A stretch of DNA of 64,000 nt from Neoechinorhynchus agilis (GCA_051530055.1 CM121342.1:1460797-1524796), one strand, 5' to 3'. Numbered from the stretch's first letter, positions 12,100-24,058 are shown. Program-made: numbers and translations. The notes: generated by a model not told the origin, from the sequence alone.

Positions 12100-13330
12100 T
12101 TTCAAACTCAAACAACATCACATGCAAAATCACATCAAAAATCACAATTGGACTAGGGCGTCCCCTTCATGCGACGCGCAGATGATCCGCAGTGTAAATT
12201 TGGAAAGTGTTGGGCGATATGGGAATCCGATTATTGACGAAGCTCATTCGACAAATCATGTGGACGGGCCGAATACCGGACTAGTGGAGACGAAACATTC
12301 TTATCCCGATTTTCAAGCAGAAAGGTGATATTCAGTCATCGAGGGATCAAACTAATGTGCCACACACTGAAAGTGTTCGAAAGGATCATCGATATGCGGA
12401 TAAGAAGCGAGACAACCATTCGGGACGACCAGAGGGGCTTTATGCCCGCAATGCGGCAGCTATTCGAAAAATGTCACGCAAAGCAAAAAAAGCTCCATTG
12501 CGTTTTTGTGGATCTCGAAAAAGCGTTCGACGCGGTACCGAGGCGATTGGTTTGGTCGTGCTTGAGGACAAAACTGTGTCCTGAAAAGTATGTTCAGGCG
12601 ATTCAGGATATGTACGACAAAAGTGAAACATACATACGAACGCCTGTTGGGGATACTGAGGCTTTCCAAGTACCTGTTTGTACTTGTACTGGACGAGATA
12701 ATTAGTAGCGTGAGCAGAGGACCCTCTTGGAACATGATGTTCGTGGACGACATCGTTCTGAGAGGTTTCTTCTGCAAAGACCTCAACGAGGATCTCGAGA
12801 AATGGAGAGAGTCGCTCGAAGATAATGGCTTAAAGATTTGCAGGGAAAAGACAGTTTATGTGGGGCCTGATGCTGTCAGTCTTCAGGGAAGAGCCCTAAA
12901 TCGTCAAGACCACTTCCGTTATTTGGGTTCCATAGTCAAATCTGCGAACGATATGAGTGCAGAGGTAACGGCTCGAATTCAAAGCAGGTGGTTGAAATGG
13001 AAGAGCCTCAGCGGCGTAATTTGCGACAGTCGAATCCCATTATCGCTGAAATGACATATTTACAAAGTCGCGAGAAGACCCGCTTTACGGAACCGAAACG
13101 TGGAACGCGACACGAGTCTACAAATCAAGCGGCTCGAAACGACGGAAATGCGTATGCCCCGGACTTGGTATGCGCGCACCAGTCAAGATTCTACGAACAT
13201 ATAAAAGGAAAGGATCCTAACCAACTGGAGCAAGCGGCTGCAAACATAGAGATATCATCATTACGAAGGCGAGGGCGACCCAAGAAGCGTTGGAAGGACT
13301 GTCTCCCTAAATCAGTGACCGCGTGAGGAT
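12100..13330 (+). mobile_element. Decayed RTE-clade LINE (RT domain and 3' end)
   Basis: IWKVLGDMGIRLL, RGIKLMCHTLKVFERII, QRGFMP, FVDLEKAFDAVP, MFVDD, FRYLGS, and a terminal RRRGRPKKRWKD. Confidence 0.9.
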
Positions 13331-13659
13331 GTTGAAGCGACCCCGAATAGGAAGAAGCTTGAGAAAGTGTGCGTGTTTGTTCAGAAGGTATATTTTAACT
13401 CTAGCGGAACGTACAGGAAAGCAACTACTCTTTTTACTGCTCGAGGGCGAACAACTCACCGTACCGGCGGTTTTACGTTGAATGCTGGGGCGATCAACCT
13501 GCGCAATGGTCTTCGGCTTCTAGCTGTTCGTCACTTTTTCTAACTTTATTCCGGAGAAAACATCGAACTCCATTCACAAAGTTTTCAGTAGTGAAAAGTT
13601 TCAAAAATCCATCCGATTGGATCTTCATAGAACTCTGAATGCTTTAGAGGACATTTCGT

Positions 13660-13910
13660 CAATTGAAAATGCAGAACAGTTGATGGCGAATTCTCGCATT
13701 CAGACTCAATGACGAAATAAAAAATGGAATCCAAGACAGCGTCATGCCCATTTAAAGGTTTTAAAAAGCAGCAAAGAGAAAATAGCACAAAAGTTGGTCC
13801 ACGATATTCAGATTTCCATTGAGTGTTCAAGGAGAGAACATTTTGTCGATTGAAAATGCAGACCAGTTGATGGCGAATTCTCGCCGTCAGACTCAATAAA
13901 GAAATCATTA
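13660..13910. repeat. ~186-bp tandem repeat, cluster 1 (about 1.3 units)
   Basis: attgaaaatgcag recurs at 13662 and 13849 (187 bp apart); same unit as 16035-16590. Confidence 0.9.
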
Positions 13911-13911
13911 A

Positions 13912-14135
13912 ATGAAATTAAGCCTTTCGCCTCTCACTCCAAACTCTTCTTATACGCCGACGATCTCACCCTCATCACCCCATCTCTCCCTTTCCTTAAC
14001 ATCTAAAGAAATCACACACGTAAAAGATTTCTGCACCGATCAAAAACTCCACCTGAATTTCTCTAAATGCTTCGAAATGATCCCTTCACTCACCCGCAAC
14101 CCCATATCTTACCCCAATCTTCCAAATGATATCTG
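13912..14135 (+). mobile_element. L2/CR1-like RT fragment
   Basis: SKLFLYADDL followed by a DFCTDQKLHLNFSKC-type motif. Confidence 0.75.
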
Positions 14136-16034
14136 ACGAGTCTTGTGAATTGACATTATCACTTAGGACAGCCTTAACCCTAGGTCGGGAGCTAAAATAA
14201 GTACAATCGAAAAGTTCATCATTTCTTAAATGGCCGTAACCGCAGCGATGTGGGACAACGTTTTACTCCGATCGCCTGAACGAGTTAAAAAATAACCAAA
14301 GTGTTTTCCAATTCCTATTGCAGAATAAATTTTTCTTTTAAGAGTCAACAAGACTAGTAAAAATTTGCGCTTTATTCTTAATGCTAATTCGAAAAAATTT
14401 TAAAAGAAACGAGAAAATATCTAAAAAAGATTAACGACAACGCAATAACGTTCAATGTCACTAAGGAAAATATTTTCCGTTGACAGCATAAAAGTACTCT
14501 GTTAATAGGTTTAGTGCAGAAATTATTGGGTCTCTTAATTTAACTTTAGGTTTGTGTTTCCAAAATTATGAAAATGCTTACGTTCTCAACGAGACCGAAA
14601 CACTGAACTAATCAATTTAGCTTGAGAATATTCAGAGTACTCGTGAAATTCCTTTATGCTGAACTCTTGCAGTTTTCCATCGCAACTACTCGGCTGTTGA
14701 AATCAACAAGTAGAATGCATTTCTGTTTCGAGCACATTCCTGCTCTTGGTATTGCTCATCGATGATATCTCATGAGCCAGTAAGTCGCAACATCTATCGG
14801 TTCCGTGAGATTCGATCCGTGCATTGTAAATGGTTACTTCATCTCTATTGTAATTTTCCACCGACTATTTGATGCATAAAAATAAATTTAGTGATTAATT
14901 TGGATCAACTGATTACCGGGAATCGCCTTCGGTAATTTTGGATAAGCTATTTTCAATTCCGATGTAATCATCTTGTGAGGTCATTTTAGACAAAGACTTT
15001 AGTTAGGTTGGTGAAAAGCACACACACATAAAAACATGTCGGGGGAAGAGCACACTGAGTGGAATTATGGGATCATGTGAGAGCTCGAGATTAAGACGAA
15101 AGATTGATTTGAGGAGTTCCGCCTTCTCGGGAGATATCTGAGAATCCGGAGGAATGCGTACAAATTCATAACCGCATGATGGTTCAGAGTTTAAGTGGTG
15201 TGGCTTAATGCCAAGAAGGAAAAACAAGAGCCCACGAAGGGATGTCCTAATAAGAAAACACAATTAAATCACCCAATCGTTATCGCTTGCCATCGATAGA
15301 TGACGACAGAAGATATAAAAACGGTAAAGTAAAAAATTATGACAATCTTTACTAATTATCGTCTGGAGTTGACTGAAATCGGCAAAAACAAAGGTTTGAC
15401 GCCATTTTACATTAGGATTTTCAATGATTATTTGCGATGGCTGTGAGTTCTAAACGTTAAATGAACTCAAAAACCGGGACTTAATAAAATACTAATCCAA
15501 AAATTTATAACAAAGTTGTTATTGCGAGCCGGAGAGACTCGATAATATCATTGGGGTCTAAATCTCAAGGCGCAAAATAATTTTATGCAAAACCTTTTAT
15601 CTGTAGTAGAAAAATAACTTTTGGTTGACGCATTTTATGCCAATCGTTTCAAATAAATAAAATACATTTGCAGGTTCATTTGCAGCGATTATCGCTCGTT
15701 TCATCAGCTTTTTATTAAAGAGCGATTATCGAATGCACACACTGATCAAAATGAACTTGTTTGCTATTAAGTTTTCTAACATAATCTTCAAAATTAGACT
15801 TAATAGATTTAATTTCCGTTTTAATAAAAGGAACGTAGACAATAATTGGTGACACGAGTAGAAAAGTTCGCAAGCAGTTCATTATGATACCTGATTTCAT
15901 CAATTACAGTACCCAATGCGATTTAATAATCGACTGAAACGGTACAAAGAAGCGGTAAGCATTTTACGATCAACGGTATAAATTGTTCAATAGTGGCATA
16001 TCGATCGTTTTCTTGGATGTTTCGATTACAAAGT

Positions 16035-16590
16035 TAAGAGAAAATAGAACAAAAGTTGGTTCATGAAATTAAGATTTCCAATGACTGTTTAAGGAGAGAA
16101 CAATTCTACAATTGAAAATGCAGAACAGTTAATGGCGAATTCTCGCCGTCAGGCTCAATGAAGTAATCAAAAACCGAATCCAAGACAGCGCAATGCCCAT
16201 TTAAAGCTCCTAAAAGGCAGTAAAGAGAAAATAGCACAAAAGTTGTTCCACGAAATTCAGATTTCCAATGTGTTCAAGGAGAGAACAATTCTTCAATTGA
16301 AAATGCTGAACAGTTGATGGCGAATTCTCGCCGTCAGACTCGCTATAGAAATCAAAAACGGAATCCAAGACAGCGCCATGCCCATTTAAAGCTCCTAAAA
16401 GGCAGTAAAGAGAAAATAGCACAAAAGTTGTTCCACGAAATTCCGATTTCCACTGAGTGTTTAAGGAGAGAACAATTCTACAATTAAAAATGCAGAACAG
16501 TTGATGGCGAATTCTCGCTGTCAGACTCAATGAAGTAATCAAAAATGGAATCCAAGACAGCGTCATGCCCATTTAAAGGTTCTAAAAGGC
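16035..16590. repeat. ~186-bp tandem repeat, cluster 2 (about 3 units), each unit with a GC-rich hairpin
   Basis: Unit starts at 16111, 16296 and 16483 (spacings 185 and 187 bp). Each carries a near-exact tgatggcga-attc-tcgccgtca stem-loop. Confidence 0.9.
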
Positions 16591-18349
16591 AGACGGTCTT
16601 CAATTTTAGAAGGACGAAATGGAGATTATATAAATGAACAAGCCTTTCCGTCCAATAAATCAACAAGTCAATAGAGACAAACCGTCGACGAAATCAAGAG
16701 AAACATCGGTGAAGATTCGACAGATTCCAATCCTTGGATTTTTCGTGATTAAAACCAAAGCACAAAAATGGTTTCAGTAATAAAAAATCGTTCGGATTTT
16801 GAAGAAAACTTTTTGTTAACTAAATTAAAATCTCCAACTAAACCGCCGACGTAAAAATGATCGAACCTTTGACGATCACATTTATGAGAGCGATTGAGAG
16901 CAGCGACTGAAAGTAGACGACACGAGGATCAAATGAAGAATTTCTGAGAAAGAATTCAACAGAAGTTTTTCTTCCTATAACGTCAAATTTCATAAAATTA
17001 CAGATCTTTACTTTCAAAAACTTGGGATTGCAGAGTTTTGGTTCGTAGATGCGTCCTTTCATATCAGTTAATAATTTAACGAAGAAATTTAGCCGGGAAA
17101 CGCTACCGAGATCTATGGCCTGTACATAGAGCTTTTTGCGCCTATCGGAACTTCGAAAAATTGTCAAATTTGTTCAAATGAATCGACTGCGAGATATTTA
17201 AGCTATAAAGAAGGTCGTCAATTCCATGTTTCAATTAATTTCGGTCCTTTTTGCCTCTAAAGCCCCACAAATTTAAACCGTTATTTAAATACGATTGCTG
17301 ACCTAATTGAACCCGATACTGAACTGCAGAGTACTTAATTGAAGCCGAGAATAGCAGATAAAAAGCGGTTCATAAAACTCGTTCTTTGATTGGCTACATA
17401 AATTCAATAGGCCTGACGTCGTTCACTGACTGGTTGAACAAATAACTGCAGTGCACTATTCAGCATGTGCAAATAAACTCGAATTGTGTATATCTTGCAT
17501 AACTTGGTTGCTCGACCAAAATTAACTGTTCAGCCTTTGACTAACCCATCAGTTTAAAAGCAGAATTAAGACCGGAAAACGTAAATCCCAACGTGCCAAT
17601 ACTCGTATCATACTGATCCATCTTTTTTGGGAAAAAATACACACGATCAACTTAATCTTTTTTCTCTTATTAAGATGACAGAAGACTTTAAACTTGATTC
17701 AAGAACTGGGAAATATTGTATTTCGAGTCACCAGCGAGGAGATGGAACGTCGATCGGAATATTATTTTTCCCAACGACTGATAATACCAATGAACAGCAA
17801 AGCTCGAATGTTGCAATAGACGAAAAGTCGAGGCACAACGATAATTTTAAAATAAATGGCGACCCTTCGTAGAGATCTGCATTCCGATCGTAGAATATAA
17901 ACCGTAGAACCCGAAGAGCCCGAGGACCAAATGAAATGGACCAATAGCAGCGCTCGTGGATCGGTGCCACATCCTCGTTATTTCGGTCAAAACATGGAAA
18001 TTAAAGCGCCAAATGAAAGATCTTCAAATGCGAATAAAACACTTAAACAACCGGAAAAAGTCCGACGAGACGGACGAAATATTGAGAACAATAAATCAAT
18101 AGGACGAGAAATCCATGGAGCGACCGCCACTGAGAAACGCAAAAAGACCAAATACAGTTACTTTGGTCGTGCGGGGGCGTAAATATTCGTACATGCGAAA
18201 ATCCAAAAAAGGGCACAGAAAAAGAAAACAACGAAAATAAATAGCTTTCCGATTGAAAATACATCAATGTGAGAATAAATTCAGCATGTGAATATGGGAA
18301 CAACGCTTTTGATTCGAATTCTCGGTAGGATAAAGCTTCCGCATTGTAA

Positions 18350-18428
18350 AGATAAAAGGATTTTCCTGATCCAAAGAATAAGCCTCGCAATCCAACGAGG
18401 AAATGCGGTCAGCGTCCGGGGGACGATT
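18350..18428 (+). mobile_element. CRE-clade extreme 3' fragment
   Basis: RIFLIQRISLAIQRGNAVSVRGTI* followed by an A-rich run. Confidence 0.7.
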
Positions 18429-18914
18429 TAATTAAAAAAGAATAAAATCCATGATAATTTAAAAAAAACTCTCTTAAAATTGGAATGAATTTTATCTGTA
18501 TACTCGCATTGATGAAGATTTTGGCTAAAATGATGGTCCTATCCCTTAAAAGGAACTGCTCACGAGCCGACTTTCATGCCTTAGAGCATTCGAGCGACAA
18601 GTTTAAAAATTAGGAGTCAATGACAACGTAAATCGAAGCCCGATTGCTATTCTGGATATTGGCCGCGATTGGACATTCAATTTGTCCTAAATGATGATTT
18701 TTTTCAGAATTTTCAATGTCATTAGATGGTAAATTATTTCTTTAAATTGGAATTTCTTCATCCTTTTTCATGTGCCGTAGGATTTTGAGATGTATAAAAT
18801 TCAAATCGGCGGGTCCTTATTTTCCACTGCGCCCAAGAACCCTAAAACTGGCTAAAGTTAATAAAAACTCGATATATTTCTCTAAAGATAAATCCATATC
18901 GGATTATTTAACGG

Positions 18915-19170
18915 TCAATCGTAATGGAAGCATCGGTGGATCGGGCAATAACGCGGATTGGTTTCCTGATATTCTTCAGGGTCCCAATCAATAGTATTAA
19001 TCGGGCAATTGTATTGGTGCAAATAAGATCGCGAACTGTAGTATCCACCGCTCTCTTCATCACTGGTTATTTGTTCACCATTTAAAAGACTTTCTTCACT
19101 CGCTGTCGCATTCACCATTTTTGATTTCATGTTAAATTGTTCCATTGGGCCTTCTACATTAACAAGACTG
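18915..19170 (-). pseudogene. 5'-truncated copy of the secreted-protein gene at 20559-21089, within a ~750-bp duplication (about 18460-19170 vs 20140-20815)
   Basis: Nearly identical C-terminal ~85 aa and shared downstream flank. The signal peptide and N-terminal half are replaced by L2 sequence. Confidence 0.85.
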
Positions 19171-19195
19171 CCGAGCAACCTCACTTTCCCCATTT

Positions 19196-20110
19196 ACAAG
19201 ACACCGCAAAAACTTTCTTTCCTCCAAAATTCGTTCAAATGGCAACTCAACACGATGGCGGGCCGTCAAGAACTCTAATGGTCTACGCTACCCTGATCTC
19301 TTACCAAATTTGACCTCCATGGAATTAAAACAGGATCTAGATTCCATTAATCAGAACCTTTGCCTAGACTTAAATTAAAATCATTGCTCCACATCAAACA
19401 CCACACAATCTTTCACGCCCATACCTGAAACTTTTGTCAACTCGCCGATGGAATGTGTCTTGAGTTAGTTGACTCGTATATCTGCTCGTTAATCTTTTTA
19501 ATCGATGGAAACGATCTATGAAAAAGTACGTTCTCTTAAGCATTTCGCTCTTGGTCCTGATATCGGAACACGAGGAACAATCTGACTTAAAAGCCATTAA
19601 CGATTTTGGCTCAGCTGGTAGTCTTTTGATACATTTTTTTCCATACACGGCCAAATGGGGACACACAGTCCATTGATTTCGGTCTGGAAAGCGCTGGTCT
19701 GCGCTCAATGCCCCAAGACCGTACGGTTATAAGTTTGTACATCCTTCCGGATTCTGCGATTGCCAATTTTCAAACCCCTTATGCCTGGAAACGGTTAAAG
19801 TGATCCTTCTTCCAAAAAAAGACATCCGATTCCCACCGAATCATTCTGTCCAATATCCATTCTACAAGCTCTTTCAAAAATTATCTACAAATGAACACGC
19901 TCCAACGCTACCTCGACGGATCTAATGGCCACAAACAATAAATTCACTGCCGGGCTATCTCAACGATCATGATATCCCTATCAAAAATCGTATCTCAAGG
20001 TGATGTGCTGTACCCAACAACGGCATTCGTTTAACAACTCTGAACTCGGGTGTTCATGAGAATCCAAAGGTACATGAGTTCAATTCTTTGTTAATTAACA
20101 AATAAACGTG
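19196..20110 (+). mobile_element. L2/CR1-like LINE fragment with 3' end, interrupted by a ~280-bp insert (about 19445-19720)
   Basis: Similar to 3440-3520, with an RT-like WK..KVILLPKK segment. The 3' end ttgttaattaacaaataaacgtgt is shared with 34215-34245 (-) and 51961-52000 (-). Confidence 0.75.
19505..19605 (+). pseudogene. Internally deleted copy of the 5' end of the PEBP-like gene
   Basis: tatgaaa..acgttctcttaagcatttcgctcttggtcctgatatcggaa and gaggaacaatctgactta match the reverse complement of about 33160-33315, with about 60 nt missing. Confidence 0.85.
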
Positions 20111-20558
20111 TGGAGCGATTCTTCTTTTTTGTAAAGATCAAAAACTCAATCTTTAAATTGGAATGAATTTTATCTGATTACTCGCATTTATGAAGATTTT
20201 AGCTAAAACGAGCCGACTTTCATGCATTCGAGCGTGCAAGTGACAAGTTCAATAATGAAGATTCAATGACAACGTAAATCGAAGCTCGATTGCTATTCTG
20301 GATATTTGTAGCGATTGGACATTCAATTTGTCCTAAATGATGATTTTATCCAATTTTCAATGTCATTAGATGGTAAATTATTTCTTTAAGTTGGAATTTC
20401 TTCATCCTTTTTCGTGTGCCGTAGGATTTTGAGATGTATAAAATTCAAATCGACGGGTCCTTATTTTCCACTGCGCCCATGAACCCTAAAACTGGCTAAA
20501 GTTAATAAAAACTCGATATATTTCTCTAAAGATAAATCCATATCGGATTATTTAATGG

Positions 20559-21089
20559 TCAATCGTAATGGAAGCATCGGTGGATCGGGCAATAACGCAG
20601 ATTGGTTTCCTGATATTCTTCAGGGTCCCAATCAATAGTATTAATCGGGCAATTGTATTGGTGCAAATAAGATCGCGGACTGTAGTATCCACCGCTCTCT
20701 TCATCACTGGTTATTTTTTCACCATTTAAAAGACTTTCTTCACTCACTGTCGCATTTACCATTTTTGATTTCATGTTAAATTGTTCCATTGGGCCTTCTA
20801 CATTAACAAAACTGCCGAGCATTTCTTTCACCATGTTCAGTATCCTTGAAAAAGTTTCAGATGGATGCTCAAATGGCATCCGGGACAATGATGGAATGTC
20901 CAACTCGCCATCGATGGGTGTTCCGGTCATCTGGATCATGATAATCCCTTTGGGTTCATCCATTGAACCTTTGGTTTCATTGAGTATCGCTTCGAATGAT
21001 CGTCCTGGTAAAATGAACTTCTCAACTATTGGTTGAGAATTAACCTGCATGATTAAGTTGAGCGCTACAAATATCGATGGGAAATACAT
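20559..21089 (-). CDS. Predicted secreted orphan protein, 176 aa
   Basis: ATG start, hydrophobic N-terminus (MYFPSIFVALNLIMQVNS), intronless ORF; paralog of 21352-21879. Confidence 0.75.
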   Translation of the reverse strand: MYFPSIFVALNLIMQVNSQPIVEKFILPGRSFEAILNETKGSMDEPKGIIMIQMTGTPIDGELDIPSLSRMPFEHPSETFSRILNMVKEMLGSFVNVEGPMEQFNMKSKMVNATVSEESLLNGEKITSDEESGGYYSPRSYLHQYNCPINTIDWDPEEYQETNLRYCPIHRCFHYD

Positions 21090-21351
21090 GTTATCGAGAC
21101 GAATTTACCCTTTTCTCTTGTAAAAGATCTTTGCTATACTGTTTTTAGGGAGTTATTTCGAACTTGTTTGTTGTACAAATTCGCTACATGACCAAGCACA
21201 TGTTGATGATAAACATTTTCCACTCGTTTGTATACAAGAAAACGATGTCTGTAAATTAAAAAAGAAAACAACAACAAGAATTTGATCAAAACGACCTTTT
21301 CAAAATCACCATAGAAAAGCTGGATTGTAAGAGATTGGTGAAGATTTCGAC

Positions 21352-21879
21352 ATGCATCTCTCATCATTCATCTTTGTGCTCTACTTCGGGACCAAGCTGG
21401 ATCTCCTGTTCGCTGCTAACGAAATGTTCAATGACACTGAGCAAACGATCAAATTCAGTAAATCATCGGACGACGAGGCCAATACCACTATTATTGGTGA
21501 GCCAGCTCAGATGACAATTGTTAAGGTCATCGGAGGGAGCATTGGTAAACCACTTGATCTTCCTTTCTTATCGAAAATGCCGTTCCAATTTCCAACGAAC
21601 ATGCTATCCATGATGATGAAAATGATGCAACAAATGCTCGGAAAAATTATGCCCATTGAACCGATAATGGATGCTGAAAACGTTAGCCACCCAACATCGA
21701 CTGAACCGCAACAAACAACCGAGGAGATAATTCTGAAAGGCAGAGAAAGCCACAAATTTCAATCCAATTTTCCGATAATTTTTGATGGACCAAACATTGA
21801 AGATGGACCTATTCGTAGAGAATTTGTCTACGTCATGCCCATCATTCAACCTATTCATCGGCATAACTTCATACATTAG
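21352..21879 (+). CDS. Predicted secreted orphan protein, 175 aa, paralog of 20559-21089
   Basis: Hydrophobic N-terminus; LDLPFLSKMPFQFP aligns with LDIPSLSRMPFEHP; shared C-terminal PIHR. Confidence 0.75.
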   Translation: MHLSSFIFVLYFGTKLDLLFAANEMFNDTEQTIKFSKSSDDEANTTIIGEPAQMTIVKVIGGSIGKPLDLPFLSKMPFQFPTNMLSMMMKMMQQMLGKIMPIEPIMDAENVSHPTSTEPQQTTEEIILKGRESHKFQSNFPIIFDGPNIEDGPIRREFVYVMPIIQPIHRHNFIH

Positions 21880-21975
21880 AGATATCATAGATAGCCGTAG
21901 ATTCAATATTATTTGAAATAGATTTTCTAATAGATAGAAATGAGCGGTTAGAGAGCGAGTAGAACGTCACATTCT

Positions 21976-23955
21976 TTATTCATCTACCACACAACACATT
22001 TCTGAACAATTCATCCTCCTTACTTTACTCGGAAGTTCATCTTCCCTGTTATCTCGTCTCTTTCTTACTGGAAGTTCTGGGAAATAATGCGTAACTTGAA
22101 CCAAAACCGACATAAAATACTCCAGTTCCTTCTTTAGCTCCTCTTCAGAGACTTCACAGACTTTACGCCGTTTCCGTCCATTATCTTCTAAACATTCTTC
22201 ATCTACATAATTCCCAAGTTGTTTTCTCTTAACCGCAAAACAATCAATTCCACAATTATCCGGACCCCATTCAGCATACCCTTTAGTCCTCAAAACGCTT
22301 CCTTTGAAATTCTTAATCTCCTCACTAATATTTATAGATCGCTTTTGTTCCGACTCAACCGCGTTCAATTCAATTCCAACAATCCACATTCGTTTAAATG
22401 GCTTAGGTTTCTTCACCGGACTTATCACAGCAACAACGTCGTCTTCGTCCTTTTTCGCAACATCGTCAGTTTCTTCAACCAAATGTTCATAAATATCGAG
22501 AGTATCGTCTTTTGTGTCATCAGGAGACAGCGGCTGAACAGTCTCTTGAACTTTAACGTCACTTGTTGTATCGACTTGCTTTTCCTTATCGAAAAAAGCT
22601 TTATCCTTATCGAAAAACGCCTTACATGGCTCAATCGATCGCTCGTATATCTGAGCTCGTTGAAGTTTTCTACTATGGTCCAGATAAGCCACTAGGAACC
22701 GCAGCTTACTCGCCACGAGTCCATCGAACAGTTGAAGGTGTTTCTCACTAGCAGCTTCGACCAAAATAATCACAAAATTCTTAAATTTGGAAAAGAAACT
22801 CGGTCGATCGAACAAATCATCCCAACTTGCTTGCTGTTTCAAAATCTTCTTTGTCAGTTCGTGTCCACGCCTAAGTTCCTCCAAAATTATCCGCTTAGAC
22901 GACTCGTTAACGTTATGAGTGCTGTTCTGTTGAGGATATGATGGAGTAATCACGGGCAGAAGATCGAAACGATCGGCTGGTTTAAGACTTGGATTCCAAA
23001 TCGAATGACCATAATTAATATCTTCGATTGCTTTTAACATTACAGGACAAGGCCACTCCCAATTAGAATAAAGTTCAAAGAATTTATCGACTAGTTGAGC
23101 AGCTAAAAACTTTGGATAAAGTTGATTGACGCGAGCCATCATTATGGCGTACGTGATTCCTCCAAAATATCCAAGCAGATTAGAATATATTCCACATTGT
23201 TTAGCCCATAATTTCACAGCGCGTAAAGCTTGTCTAAATTGGTCGTGATTTGGAACCAGAGAATAAAGATCCATTGCAACACGAGCTCCGTTCAATGACC
23301 TCACACATCGTAGATCAATATCCTTTATAATCGAATTATCGGTAATATCGAAATTCTTCGGGACTGTGAATCGATTCAGACGGGCGTAAATCAAATCAAT
23401 ATCAACTCCGTCGTATTCAAATTTGACAACCGGTACAAACGCATCCTCAACTGATCTTAAATTTTTCACAAGATGAACCTTCTCTAGAACCTTTGTGAAT
23501 TCGTTAAAAAACATCTCTCTTTGAACGTGCTTAGGACCAACGCATAGAGTGTCAATATCAGCTCCTTTTGTATGGACACCCAGTTTGAACGAACCAAACG
23601 TGAATATGGTACCAGACACCTTGGGAACGAATACGTTCGGTATTGTGGGATCTCGTCGTGCTAAATCTTGAACCCATAAATTGAACTCGTAATTGAGACG
23701 CGACATCAGTTTCAAACGGTGCATTATCTTAGTGCTACTTTCGTAAATGTCTCGCTCGGCTAAACATTCGGCTAATCGACGATTCTCACTGTAATTAATA
23801 AAATCCGGCTCGAGCTCGCAGTCGCCCGGTCCATAGGATGGTGGAACGTATGGAGTTTGCGTCGTGTGCAGATTTACGATTGATCGTTGAGACCTGTATC
23901 CCATTGTTGCCATTGGAGCTGATAATGATTGACTCGACGAGTATGAACGTTTCAT
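21976..23955 (-). CDS. PAPOLA: Canonical nuclear-type poly(A) polymerase, intronless ORF of ~659 aa from the first ATG
   Basis: FGSFKLGVH..GADIDTLCV, DAFVPVVKF, DGVDIDL, SLNGARV, AVKLWAK..GIYSN..GYFGG, ITPSYPQQNSTHNV, then RRM-like region and basic C-terminal NLS. The track start at 23976 is TTG; the first ATG is 23955. The symbol is family-level only. Confidence 0.97.
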   Translation of the reverse strand: MKRSYSSSQSLSAPMATMGYRSQRSIVNLHTTQTPYVPPSYGPGDCELEPDFINYSENRRLAECLAERDIYESSTKIMHRLKLMSRLNYEFNLWVQDLARRDPTIPNVFVPKVSGTIFTFGSFKLGVHTKGADIDTLCVGPKHVQREMFFNEFTKVLEKVHLVKNLRSVEDAFVPVVKFEYDGVDIDLIYARLNRFTVPKNFDITDNSIIKDIDLRCVRSLNGARVAMDLYSLVPNHDQFRQALRAVKLWAKQCGIYSNLLGYFGGITYAIMMARVNQLYPKFLAAQLVDKFFELYSNWEWPCPVMLKAIEDINYGHSIWNPSLKPADRFDLLPVITPSYPQQNSTHNVNESSKRIILEELRRGHELTKKILKQQASWDDLFDRPSFFSKFKNFVIILVEAASEKHLQLFDGLVASKLRFLVAYLDHSRKLQRAQIYERSIEPCKAFFDKDKAFFDKEKQVDTTSDVKVQETVQPLSPDDTKDDTLDIYEHLVEETDDVAKKDEDDVVAVISPVKKPKPFKRMWIVGIELNAVESEQKRSINISEEIKNFKGSVLRTKGYAEWGPDNCGIDCFAVKRKQLGNYVDEECLEDNGRKRRKVCEVSEEELKKELEYFMSVLVQVTHYFPELPVRKRRDNREDELPSKVRRMNCSEMCCVVDE

Positions 23956-24058
23956 CAATGATGATCTAAAAAACAATGGTCGAAAGTTGATTTCAAAAAT
24001 AAAAGTTCGCGAAAATTAATTTTAAGAAACAAATTAAGCTTTTTTTAGAATTTTATAT

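Noticed and set aside
13660-16590. CRISPR-like interpretation of the hairpin-containing repeats
   Set aside because: Sequence between hairpins is also repeated, so there are no unique spacers. No cas genes; eukaryotic context.
17340-17520. Possible hAT transposase CxxH-like segment (VHYSACANKLEL)
   Set aside because: Too short and degenerate, with no other transposase motifs or TIRs.
23956-23976. MFFRSSL... as a mitochondrial presequence on PAP
   Set aside because: The apparent Met at 23976 is a TTG codon introduced by the ORF finder, so this part is probably untranslated.
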